From a virus: DNA of 64,000 bases. The notes beneath the pieces are model-generated. The model had not been told where the DNA came from. It ran no database searches and saw only the letters and a list, made by a program, of their open reading frames with translations. A program made the position numbers and the translations under genes. Shown piece after piece: positions 31,134 to 39,577 of this stretch; the first letter of the stretch is position 1; every line of letters begins with the position of its first letter. The DNA is taken from positions 10,286 to 74,285 of IMG/VR virus record IMGVR_UViG_3300009509_000013; one strand, given 5' to 3'.

Positions 31134-31621
31134 TATGTGATCGTCCTAACCCGCGACGTTTCAAAAACGCCCGAATACGTTATCGCGTCCGAAACGGTCG
31201 CGAGAACGGTTGAACCGTCCGTGTCGTAAACCTTCCAAACAATCGGCGTCGGCGTGACATTGGTCGCCCCGCCGCCCGTTCGCGTGATCGTCTTTTCGAC
31301 GATCTTCTTCAACTTCGAAGACGATTCCCACCAAATGACCGACGTCGGGAAAGGCGAAGCCGCCGGAAGCGTTTCCTTGAACGCTCCCGACGCGAAGCCT
31401 TCCGCCGGCCCGTCGTCAATGAAGTGAATCAGATTTCGGATCGCGGCGTGTCTTGAAGTCTCGACGCCCAACGGCGAAAACGTTCCGTCATTGTCTCGAA
31501 GACGGAACAAGCCCGACACGTTCCGCATTGCGCCAACGATTGTCGGGTCGCTCGCTTCCGGGGTTAGTTGAAGTTCGTCTTCTTCTCTACTCCCCGGAAA
31601 TCTGTCGGGTGTCCGTGGCAT
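31133..31621 (-). CDS. putative virion protein
   Basis: 162 aa; TAATG coupling to the next gene; AGGGG SD. Confidence 0.6.
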   Translation of the reverse strand: MPRTPDRFPGSREEDELQLTPEASDPTIVGAMRNVSGLFRLRDNDGTFSPLGVETSRHAAIRNLIHFIDDGPAEGFASGAFKETLPAASPFPTSVIWWESSSKLKKIVEKTITRTGGGATNVTPTPIVWKVYDTDGSTVLATVSDAITYSGVFETSRVRTIT

Positions 31622-31631
31622 TCACGCCCCT

Positions 31632-32186
31632 TCATGACTTCCGCTTCGACTTCTTCGTCGCCGCCTTCGTCTTCGGCGGCTTTGAACCGTTGCCGCCTTC
31701 GTGTTCGTCTTCGGCAAGATCGCTTGAAGCGGCGGAACGACCAAGATCGTCGCCGGCGTCTTCGTCTTCCATTCTTTGATAGCGTTCGTATTTTTGCGCT
31801 TCGCTTTTGAAGTGACCGCCGATTGCGTTCGCCGCGCGTTCAAGCCCCTTCAATTGACCTTGCATGTCGATCAAATCGGTTTGGTTTTCACGCGCGATCC
31901 CCCGAACGATTTCGGTGATCCGCGTTACTTCCGAAATCCGAAGCTTCGCAAGCTCCGGTTCAAGTTCGCCCGCTTCAACCGCTTGGTTGATTGGCGTGCA
32001 TTCCTGAAAGATTCGCTTCGAAATCACGTCCGCCGCTTGAACAATTCCCCGCTTTTGTTCAATGGCGTTTCGAACTTGAAGCATTTGAAGATCAATGTGT
32101 GTGACCGCCTCTTGAAGCCCTTCGAGCTTCGCGCGCGGAACGTCCGCCTTGATCTCCGACAACGTTTCGTTTTGTGTTAGGTTCAT
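31632..32186 (-). CDS. coiled-coil protein with basic tail
   Basis: 184 aa helical; K-rich C-terminus; GGGGG SD. Confidence 0.6.
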   Translation of the reverse strand: MNLTQNETLSEIKADVPRAKLEGLQEAVTHIDLQMLQVRNAIEQKRGIVQAADVISKRIFQECTPINQAVEAGELEPELAKLRISEVTRITEIVRGIARENQTDLIDMQGQLKGLERAANAIGGHFKSEAQKYERYQRMEDEDAGDDLGRSAASSDLAEDEHEGGNGSKPPKTKAATKKSKRKS

Positions 32187-32235
32187 GTTTCCCCCGCTTG
32201 TGCCGCCTATTCAATCGGCCAATTGCGGTTGAAGG

Positions 32236-33792
32236 TTATTGTTGCAACGCAATCGAAATGAGCACGTCGCCGCTTTTCACGCCTTTCGGGAAATCGACTT
32301 TCAAGTCGCCCGCGCTTGCTGTCGTCCCGACATAGACGTCGTTTTTCACTGTGACATTCCCGCCGTATAGAAGCCGACCATTCAAGAAAACAAATGTGTC
32401 GACGTTCGCCGGCGTGTTCATGTCAATCGAATGCGTCGTCAAGTCAAACGTCGCCGCCGGAATGTTCACGCCTTGCGCGTAATTCGAGCCCGCGACAAAG
32501 ATTTTCAGGTCAAGATCGACGCCGCCCTTTTCCATTGCATATTTCAAAGCGTCGGAAATCGAAACGAACGCGCCGGAGCCTTCGAAAACCGTCTTCAAGG
32601 CGGAGATCGCGCCGGTCGTCGCGTCGTCGAGCGGAAGCGCCGTCGTTTCACGAACGGTTTGAAATTGCACGTTCCCGGCGGGAGCCGAAACTTCCGCCGC
32701 GCCGGTCGTCGCTCGAAGCTCGATTGCCGACGAATCGATCACGCCGACCGCCGTCTTTCCGACGTTGATCGCTTGATCTGTCGTGTCGAACGCCGCGCCT
32801 TGCGCGAAATTGTTGTCGGCGGCGTCGCAATCGAAAAGATCGACGTCGCCGGTCACTTGAACCAAATCGGTTCCGCCGTCGTTCCGCTCGATTTGAAAAA
32901 GAATGTTCCCGCCGCTTTTGCGGAAGATCCATTTCTTCGTGTCCGCGAGCCGAATGTCGACGTCGTTCGCGTCAACTTCGATATAGTGACCGCCGTCATA
33001 GGCGGAATCGAGCCCGCCAAAGCCCGCCGCGATTTGATCGGCTTCGGACAAATCGCCGCGAAGCGAATCTTCGACCATGCTCGCGAGATCGTTCCGAACC
33101 GTGTATGAATAGTTGATCGACTTGCCGCCAATGTCCGCCGCCGGGCAAAGCTCCAAATCGTCGAACGTTGCATTTTGCCGAACGAACGTGATTTGACCGA
33201 GATCATTTCCGGTCAATGCGAAGTTGTTTCCGTCCGTCGCCGCGCTTCCGACTTGAAGCAAACCCCAAACGCGCCGGTCGCTCGAAGTGATCGGGTCGCC
33301 GGTTGTCGCGTCGAAAATCGAAACAAGATTCTTCGGCTTCAATGGCGATTCGCCGGAAAGTTCCGTCAACGAAGCGGAGCCAACCGCGCCGCCCAATTGA
33401 GCGACGACCGCGCCCTTCGTCGCGACGTTGATCGCGATCACTTCGGAAGGCGGGTCGCCGGCGTTCGTCAACGTGACGTAAGCTTGCGCGCCCGGAACCG
33501 CAATGTCTTGAAGATTCAACTTCCAACGAAGGAAATCTTTTTCTTCAAGCGCGGTTTGATTGTAAAGCGCTTTCAACGAAGCGTCGCCGCCGAAAACGGT
33601 TGCAATGTCGTCGTGCCAATTGCCCGCCGCGTCGCCGTGAATGATCCGCTTGACTTGCGAAAGAACGAACTCTTGAAAGTCCGCATAGTCGACGGACGAC
33701 GCTTCGCCGCCCGCGATTGCCGCCGCGCTTTTTTGATCGTCAAACGAATCCGGTTTGTAAAGTTGATCGAGTCTAACAAGCGAAACCGTCAT
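32236..33792 (-). CDS. large putative virion (head fibre/decoration) protein
   Basis: 518 aa acidic and G/A/D/T-rich; C-terminal FLNGRLL...DVYVGT...GD.K.DF; GGAGG SD. Confidence 0.65.
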   Translation of the reverse strand: MTVSLVRLDQLYKPDSFDDQKSAAAIAGGEASSVDYADFQEFVLSQVKRIIHGDAAGNWHDDIATVFGGDASLKALYNQTALEEKDFLRWKLNLQDIAVPGAQAYVTLTNAGDPPSEVIAINVATKGAVVAQLGGAVGSASLTELSGESPLKPKNLVSIFDATTGDPITSSDRRVWGLLQVGSAATDGNNFALTGNDLGQITFVRQNATFDDLELCPAADIGGKSINYSYTVRNDLASMVEDSLRGDLSEADQIAAGFGGLDSAYDGGHYIEVDANDVDIRLADTKKWIFRKSGGNILFQIERNDGGTDLVQVTGDVDLFDCDAADNNFAQGAAFDTTDQAINVGKTAVGVIDSSAIELRATTGAAEVSAPAGNVQFQTVRETTALPLDDATTGAISALKTVFEGSGAFVSISDALKYAMEKGGVDLDLKIFVAGSNYAQGVNIPAATFDLTTHSIDMNTPANVDTFVFLNGRLLYGGNVTVKNDVYVGTTASAGDLKVDFPKGVKSGDVLISIALQQ

Positions 33793-33806
33793 TTCCTAAC
33801 CTCCAT

Positions 33807-34160
33807 TCAAGCCGGATCGAACCGACGCTTGCCAATTCGCCGAAGCGAAACACGCGCGGCGCGTTGCTCCCGGTGAACCATAATGATTGCACGAATATCG
33901 CCCGCAAAGCACGTTATTCGCTCCCCGCCCTTCACTTTGCTTGCGGGATCGGGATCGATTATTTCGGGAAGATAAGAAACGCGGTCGAAGCCTTGCGGCT
34001 TGGGAAGGGAATATTGAACGCCGCTTTCCGTGACTGTGAATCCTGAAATCCGGGCTTGAAACTCCGGGTCTTTCAACTTTCGCAGCCATTCTTGCGCTTG
34101 CTCATGATCTGAAAGATCGATCCGTGAAGTCAATCCGTCGCATGTATGCACCTTGAACAT
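33807..34160 (-). CDS. hypothetical protein
   Basis: 117 aa; GAGGGGAG SD. Confidence 0.65.
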   Translation of the reverse strand: MFKVHTCDGLTSRIDLSDHEQAQEWLRKLKDPEFQARISGFTVTESGVQYSLPKPQGFDRVSYLPEIIDPDPASKVKGGERITCFAGDIRAIIMVHREQRAARVSLRRIGKRRFDPA

Positions 34161-34210
34161 GCGGCTCCCCTCTTGAGCAATGCGCCAAGCGAAGGTTGTC
34201 GCGTTGTTCG

Positions 34211-34543
34211 CTAGAACTTTTTCTTCTTCTTTTTGTCGTCGTCCGCTTCGCCGTCGCCGACTTCCGCCTTCGGATTTTCCTTCGGGTCGACCTTTCCTTC
34301 GGGCTTTTCCGCCTTCGGGGATTTCGCCAACGAACGCGCTTTGCCTTCGTCAACGCCGACGACGACCAACTTCGAAGCAACGTTTCCGTGCTTCGCCTTC
34401 AAGTGATCGAGTTCGTCGGGAGTCAAAACCAAAGTTGACCGGGGTCGGATATACAACGCGCCCTTTCGGGAGCGCTTGCAATCCTTCGGAAAGTCGTCAA
34501 CTTGGCAAGCTGTAACGCCAATTGGAACTTGCACAAGTGCCAT
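34211..34543 (-). CDS. small K-rich protein
   Basis: GGAGG SD before ATG 34543; poly-K C-terminus. Confidence 0.65.
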   Translation of the reverse strand: MALVQVPIGVTACQVDDFPKDCKRSRKGALYIRPRSTLVLTPDELDHLKAKHGNVASKLVVVGVDEGKARSLAKSPKAEKPEGKVDPKENPKAEVGDGEADDDKKKKKKF

Positions 34544-34600
34544 GTCTTCGCCTCCGTCAAAGTGTGACAAGAAACCGGCGAAGCCGGAGCCTAGCTTTCG

Positions 34601-34975
34601 CTAGGCCCGGCTTTTCCGTTTCTTCGTCTTTTTCTTACGAGCCCCGCCGCCTTCGTCTTCGGCGTCGTCGGGAGCCGCGTCTTCACCTTCGCCTTCGTCC
34701 GCTTCTTCGTCGTCGTCGACGATCCGCTTTCTTTCGTCGGCGGCGAGAACCGCCGATTCAAGGCTTGGGTTTGTTGCGTCTTCCGCCGGAGCTTTCGCTT
34801 TCTTCTTCGGAGCCGCTTCGAGCATTTGAACGGAATATTCCGACGCAACCTGATAATAGGCTATGTCGTCCGCGTTCGTGATCGTTTGCGGTTGTCCCTT
34901 TTTGAAAGTTCGACCCCTTGCCGTGTGACTCTGGCAACCGATAAGCTCAACCTTTGCCCTAACAAGATCTGCCAT
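34601..34975 (-). CDS. capsid-adjacent protein with acidic then basic tail
   Basis: GGAG SD; directly downstream of MCP. Confidence 0.65.
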   Translation of the reverse strand: MADLVRAKVELIGCQSHTARGRTFKKGQPQTITNADDIAYYQVASEYSVQMLEAAPKKKAKAPAEDATNPSLESAVLAADERKRIVDDDEEADEGEGEDAAPDDAEDEGGGARKKKTKKRKSRA

Positions 34976-35033
34976 TCTTGAGTCTCCAATCAAATAGCGT
35001 CGAGTGTCTTGCGACCCCTTGCTAGGTTAAAGG

Positions 35034-36233
35034 TTACACGCCTTGACCGATGTTCTTCGCGAAAACAATCGCGTCAAGTTCTTCGTAATTGACCGCGACT
35101 TTCGCCGTGATCGCATACTGATTGACGCCCTTGTAAATGTCGCGATCTTTCTCGATCCGAATGTCGCGCCCGATCCCGACGATCATGTTGCTTTGATGCG
35201 TCAAGATCATTTGCGGATTCGCGTCGAACGTGACCTTGACAACGGTCCCGGTCGGAATCGAAGAAGCGGCGTCGCGCTTCACGGTTCCGGCGGCGTAGTC
35301 AACGATATAATCGTTGCCCGCGCCTTCGACGTATGGCGTGATCGGAGTTCCGCCAAGATCCGGCGGAGTCACGACGACGTTCTCGACCGGGGAGAATCCG
35401 AGCGCGGATTCGGCAACGCCGGTCAAGGTAACGTGAACGGTCGTCCGAACGGTGAAGTCCCAAAGCGGAACTTCCACAATCGGAACGCCGAACGGCGATT
35501 GCATGGAACCGCCGGCGGCGGAGTCGCCAAGCGCGGTTGCGCGTGTGGCGAGCTTTTCCATGTAAAGTTGCGCCAAGTCGGGCGACATGAACCAACGCAA
35601 CGCCGACTTGTTCCGGCGGAACTTGGTCGGCATGGCGCGAATCATCTTCCCGAAGATCGCGAGCCCAATGTTCGCGCCTTCGGCGTCGACGACATGCGCG
35701 CCGCGAGCGAGCTTCAACCAACCGTCTTGAAGCGCAAGATACGAATCCTTGATATACTTCGTCGAAGATCCGTTGTCTTTCAGATCGCTTTCAAGGGCGG
35801 CGTGACCGAGCAAGTCGCCGTTGATGTAGAGTTCTTCGAGATCGTTGGCGGTTTGCGTCGACATCATGCGAATGATGTGTTCTTCAACGTTGTCGCCTTC
35901 GATATTGATCTCTTTGAAGTTGTCGCCGATCTCGAACGGAACGATCAACTCGCGCGGAGTCAACGTCACCTTCGAAGTCGACACGCCGCGACGAAGCGCG
36001 ACGTCTTGGGCTTCCGCCTTCGGGAGCGCAAGCCGCTTGCCGACGCCGATCTTTTCGATCTCCAAAGACTCGTTGCGAAACCGAACAACGCGAGCGTTGT
36101 TCTTCAAAACGGTTTCGTCGACAACGTAGTCAATGAAGCGGTCGCTTTGCGCCGGATTCAACTTGCCAGCGGCGGCGAGCGCGTCGGTCGTGATAACAGC
36201 CTTTCGAACGATTTCTTCGTTGGGAATGCTCAT
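35034..36233 (-). CDS. major capsid protein (HK97 fold, PBSX XkdG-like)
   Basis: AGKLNPAQSDRFI, NIEG, DLEEL.INGD, DGWLK, MPTKF, FGVPIV.VP and RDIRIE motifs; GGAGG SD. Confidence 0.92.
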   Translation of the reverse strand: MSIPNEEIVRKAVITTDALAAAGKLNPAQSDRFIDYVVDETVLKNNARVVRFRNESLEIEKIGVGKRLALPKAEAQDVALRRGVSTSKVTLTPRELIVPFEIGDNFKEINIEGDNVEEHIIRMMSTQTANDLEELYINGDLLGHAALESDLKDNGSSTKYIKDSYLALQDGWLKLARGAHVVDAEGANIGLAIFGKMIRAMPTKFRRNKSALRWFMSPDLAQLYMEKLATRATALGDSAAGGSMQSPFGVPIVEVPLWDFTVRTTVHVTLTGVAESALGFSPVENVVVTPPDLGGTPITPYVEGAGNDYIVDYAAGTVKRDAASSIPTGTVVKVTFDANPQMILTHQSNMIVGIGRDIRIEKDRDIYKGVNQYAITAKVAVNYEELDAIVFAKNIGQGV

Positions 36234-36292
36234 GGTTCTAACCTCCAAAATCCTTTCAATGAAGTTCCTTCAAGCGTCGTCGCTCGCCGGAG

Positions 36293-37300
36293 CTACAGAA
36301 CGCCCTTCCACATTCCGCCTTCGTTCTTTTGAACGTCGACGGTCGAATCGGTCTTGCCTTCGTCGTCAACCGACTTCGACGGGGCGCGAGCCTTTTCGAT
36401 CTTTTCGATTCGCTCCGTCACGGGAGCGATTGCCTTCGAAACCGCCTCTTGCACGATTGAAGCGACGTCGACGGGATCGGCGTTGCCGCCGTTGCCGTCT
36501 TCCGACTTCATGGTTCCGACCGGCTTCACGCCGCCCTGAAACTTCGTGTCCGCCGGAAGCGCCTTCGAAAGATCCGCGAGCATTGCCTTCGCAATGGCGG
36601 GATCAACGTCGCCGATCAAGTTCACAAGGTTCGAAACCGTGCTCTTGATCGAATCGATCCGGCTTTGCGTGAAGCTTTTCGACTTCACGACGGGTTGACC
36701 GGAAACGAGAACGCTTCCGTCTTGCATGACTTGAACCGCCGGAACCGGAGCGTCGGCGTTGCCGTCTTCGCTCTTTTTGGTTTCGGTTTTCTTCGTCTTG
36801 TCTTTTCCGCCGAACATGAAGCCCGCCTTTTGAAGTGCCGCCTTGTCAACGGCGTTCGCGCCCTTCGCGAAGTTCGCGACCGCCTTCAACGAAGCAACGA
36901 TTTCCTTGGGAAGTGCCTTTTCGACTTCGACTTCGGAAGTCGAACCCTCCCCGGCGTCGGCATTGGTTGAAGCGGCGTCGCCGCTTTCACCTTCGCCTTC
37001 CGCGCCCGCGTCGGCATTGGTTCCGGGATCGGTTGCTTCGCCGTTCCCTTCCCCGCCGTCCGCGTTCATTTTGACGATTTCGGTTTCGGAAGCGTTGCCT
37101 TTTGCTTCCGTCTTCGCTTCGTTGTCCGCCGCGAATGCACTCATTTTTTCGCCTCCTAGCCGTTTAACAACCAAAAACTCCCGCAAATTTGCGGGACGAT
37201 CCACAAGGGATACTTCTTTGACGTCCAAGTCGAGCAAGCGCCGCGCCTTCGACGTCTTCGCTTTCTCGACCGATACCACTTTTTCTTGTTCAATGTCCAT
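36293..37300 (-). CDS. capsid scaffold protein with N-terminal protease-like strand
   Basis: LLDLDVKEVSLVDRPAN N-terminus, low-complexity E/G/A/K body, ends GGMWKGVL; internal AGGAGG-N7-ATG at 37144. Confidence 0.8.
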   Translation of the reverse strand: MDIEQEKVVSVEKAKTSKARRLLDLDVKEVSLVDRPANLREFLVVKRLGGEKMSAFAADNEAKTEAKGNASETEIVKMNADGGEGNGEATDPGTNADAGAEGEGESGDAASTNADAGEGSTSEVEVEKALPKEIVASLKAVANFAKGANAVDKAALQKAGFMFGGKDKTKKTETKKSEDGNADAPVPAVQVMQDGSVLVSGQPVVKSKSFTQSRIDSIKSTVSNLVNLIGDVDPAIAKAMLADLSKALPADTKFQGGVKPVGTMKSEDGNGGNADPVDVASIVQEAVSKAIAPVTERIEKIEKARAPSKSVDDEGKTDSTVDVQKNEGGMWKGVL

Positions 37301-37337
37301 TTTCACAGACTTTCCCCAATCGTTCGCGACCAATTTT

Positions 37338-39320
37338 TCAGGAAGCGACGGTTGCGATTCCCCCAATCGAAAAGCCGGTGATCTTGCCGGCTTTGATTTT
37401 CTTCCAAAGTTGATCGTTCTCGATCTTGACCTTCATGATCCAAGATCCCTTTTTGACTTTCTTCCCGCCAAGCTTCATTGCGACTTCGGAAACGTAGCTT
37501 TCGACAAGCGTCACGCCGATTTGACCGAAAATCGTGTGCATCAAACCGAGCTTCGTCGATTCGCGATAGCGCGCCAAAAAGTTGTGCGCCGCCTTTTCGA
37601 TCACGGCTTCGTCAACCGTGTCTTTTTGCGCGTCGACCGTTCCCGGCTCCAAAACGACGCCCGTCACTTGCCGCTTTTCCGCCTTCAAAATCGGAACGAA
37701 GACTTTCTCGATTTGCTCCGCTTCGTCCGGGCTCCAAGTCCAAGCCCCTTCGCCGACTTCTTTCAAGACGAAGACGCCTTTCACTTCCGCGCCGTCAAGC
37801 TCGACTTTCATTTCAGAATCTTCGAGCTTCAAGACGCGAGCGGAACCGGCGTCAAGCTTCGTGATCTTGCATTCGACGCCCTTCGTCGGATTCAAGAAAT
37901 GTCCGCCGGAAACGACGCCTTCGAAATCGAGCGCTTCCCTATGCGGTTCCGACTTGAACACGACTTCGCAAACGCTTTCGGGGTCGGCGTCCGTTCCCAT
38001 TTCAACGGAAACAAGTTCGTCGTGACCAATGTCGAGCCGGAGCAACGTCGATTCTTCGCCGCCGGCGACCGCCTTGTGAATCGCGAAACGGGAATGATTC
38101 ATTGACGCCTTGCGGATTTCCCGCTTGAACGGAAGCGCGAAGTCGATCTCGACGTCGCCCTTCGTGATCGCTTGAACCAAACCGTCGCGAATCGTCTTCG
38201 CTTCGCCGTCGTCGGTCTTTTCCCAATAGCGGGAGCCTTCCGGGATCTGCTTTCGAACTTCAACCGGAAGCGCCGAAACGCCCGCCGGCGGAAGCCAACC
38301 CTTTTCGACCGCTTCTTCGGTCAAAACGAACGGCGTGAAATCGTCGGAGTGTGACGCCTTCCAATCGTCGCCGTCGCGCTTGAACAAAATCGGATAATTC
38401 AACCCCGTTCCTTGGGGGAAATATTCGTGAAACCCGTCGAATTGTGCGCCGAATTCGACGACGCCCTTTTCGACGATTTGCAAAACGCCGCCTTCGTCGT
38501 CGAAGATCCCCGCCTTCGTCCGCGCTTCAATGTCGAGCCATGCGACCGGAGCCGGAGCTTTGCGCTTGCAAACGACTTCCCGCTTCCATTCGCCGGAACG
38601 GAAATCAATCGCGGAAACCGCTTCAACCGGAAGCGCCCGCGCTTGCTTCAACGTTTCGACGGGAGCCGTCACGGGAGCGATTTGCGTGTCGAGTTCCCAA
38701 CCGACCGCGACGTCGCCCGCCCGCGCTCGGAATTCGCTTCGGAGCGCCTTCCCGATCCATCTTTGGTGAACCGTGAACGGGTGCTTTTCGTCTTCTGTCG
38801 GAACGTCGACAAACGGATCGAGCGTTTCGCCCTTTTCGACTTCGACCGAATTCACAACCGCCTTCGTCGCGTCAATCGGTTGAAGCGTCGGTCGCTCCGC
38901 CTTCGTGACTTCGAATTCGGTTGAAACGTCGTCGAGCATGTCGCCCGGCGGGGAAGGGTGCGCGACGTTCCGGTCGGCGAGTTCGTCGACGATCAAAGCG
39001 TGAAGGTTCATTGAACCTTCGCGATCCGCCTTCGTCATGAACTCCCGGTGAAGCTCCGCGTGAAGCTCGACAAGCTCCGTCGCCGAACATTTCGAAACGT
39101 CGATCACGTCCGACCAAAACTTTTCGGTCGCCGTCTTGCGCTTCGGCTTTTCTTCTTTCACTTTGATTCCGCTTGAACCAAGCGAAGCCGGAGCGAGCTT
39201 CCCGGCGTTTCCGAGATCGGTTGAAGTGATCGCCTTCGACGCTTCAACCGTTGATCGCTTTTCGATCTTGTCGGTCGCCGACATTGCCCGTCGCGGCATT
39301 CGTTTTCTTTTCGCCGTCAT
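37338..39320 (-). CDS. prohead protease (C-terminal XkdF-like domain) with large N-terminal extension
   Basis: KRQVTGVVLEP..VDAQ.D, IEKAAHNF, MH, VESY, GSWIM and LW..IKAGKITGFSIGG motifs. Confidence 0.88.
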   Translation of the reverse strand: MTAKRKRMPRRAMSATDKIEKRSTVEASKAITSTDLGNAGKLAPASLGSSGIKVKEEKPKRKTATEKFWSDVIDVSKCSATELVELHAELHREFMTKADREGSMNLHALIVDELADRNVAHPSPPGDMLDDVSTEFEVTKAERPTLQPIDATKAVVNSVEVEKGETLDPFVDVPTEDEKHPFTVHQRWIGKALRSEFRARAGDVAVGWELDTQIAPVTAPVETLKQARALPVEAVSAIDFRSGEWKREVVCKRKAPAPVAWLDIEARTKAGIFDDEGGVLQIVEKGVVEFGAQFDGFHEYFPQGTGLNYPILFKRDGDDWKASHSDDFTPFVLTEEAVEKGWLPPAGVSALPVEVRKQIPEGSRYWEKTDDGEAKTIRDGLVQAITKGDVEIDFALPFKREIRKASMNHSRFAIHKAVAGGEESTLLRLDIGHDELVSVEMGTDADPESVCEVVFKSEPHREALDFEGVVSGGHFLNPTKGVECKITKLDAGSARVLKLEDSEMKVELDGAEVKGVFVLKEVGEGAWTWSPDEAEQIEKVFVPILKAEKRQVTGVVLEPGTVDAQKDTVDEAVIEKAAHNFLARYRESTKLGLMHTIFGQIGVTLVESYVSEVAMKLGGKKVKKGSWIMKVKIENDQLWKKIKAGKITGFSIGGIATVAS

Positions 39321-39362
39321 TGTTGCCCGCCATGATAGCCGGAGAAAGTCGAAGTTCAAAAC

Positions 39363-39569
39363 TCAAGTCGAAATTGCAATTTCGCGCACCTTTTCGAAAT
39401 ATTCTGTCGGGTCGTCGAAAAGATATGAAATTGTTTCGGCCAAATCTCCGGGAATTTCGCCATTTTTGGCGAGATTTTTCATAATATTCAAAGCGCCGTC
39501 AAGGTCGTTTCTGTCGAGCTTGTAAACGTCGCGCTTTGCGTCTTCGATTTGCTTTTCGGAAAGTGCCAT
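39363..39569 (-). CDS. putative immunity protein for the MuF toxin domain
   Basis: 68 aa helical and acidic, visibly AT-richer than its flanks, 8 nt after the MuF stop. Confidence 0.55.
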   Translation of the reverse strand: MALSEKQIEDAKRDVYKLDRNDLDGALNIMKNLAKNGEIPGDLAETISYLFDDPTEYFEKVREIAIST

Positions 39570-39577
39570 TCGACCCC

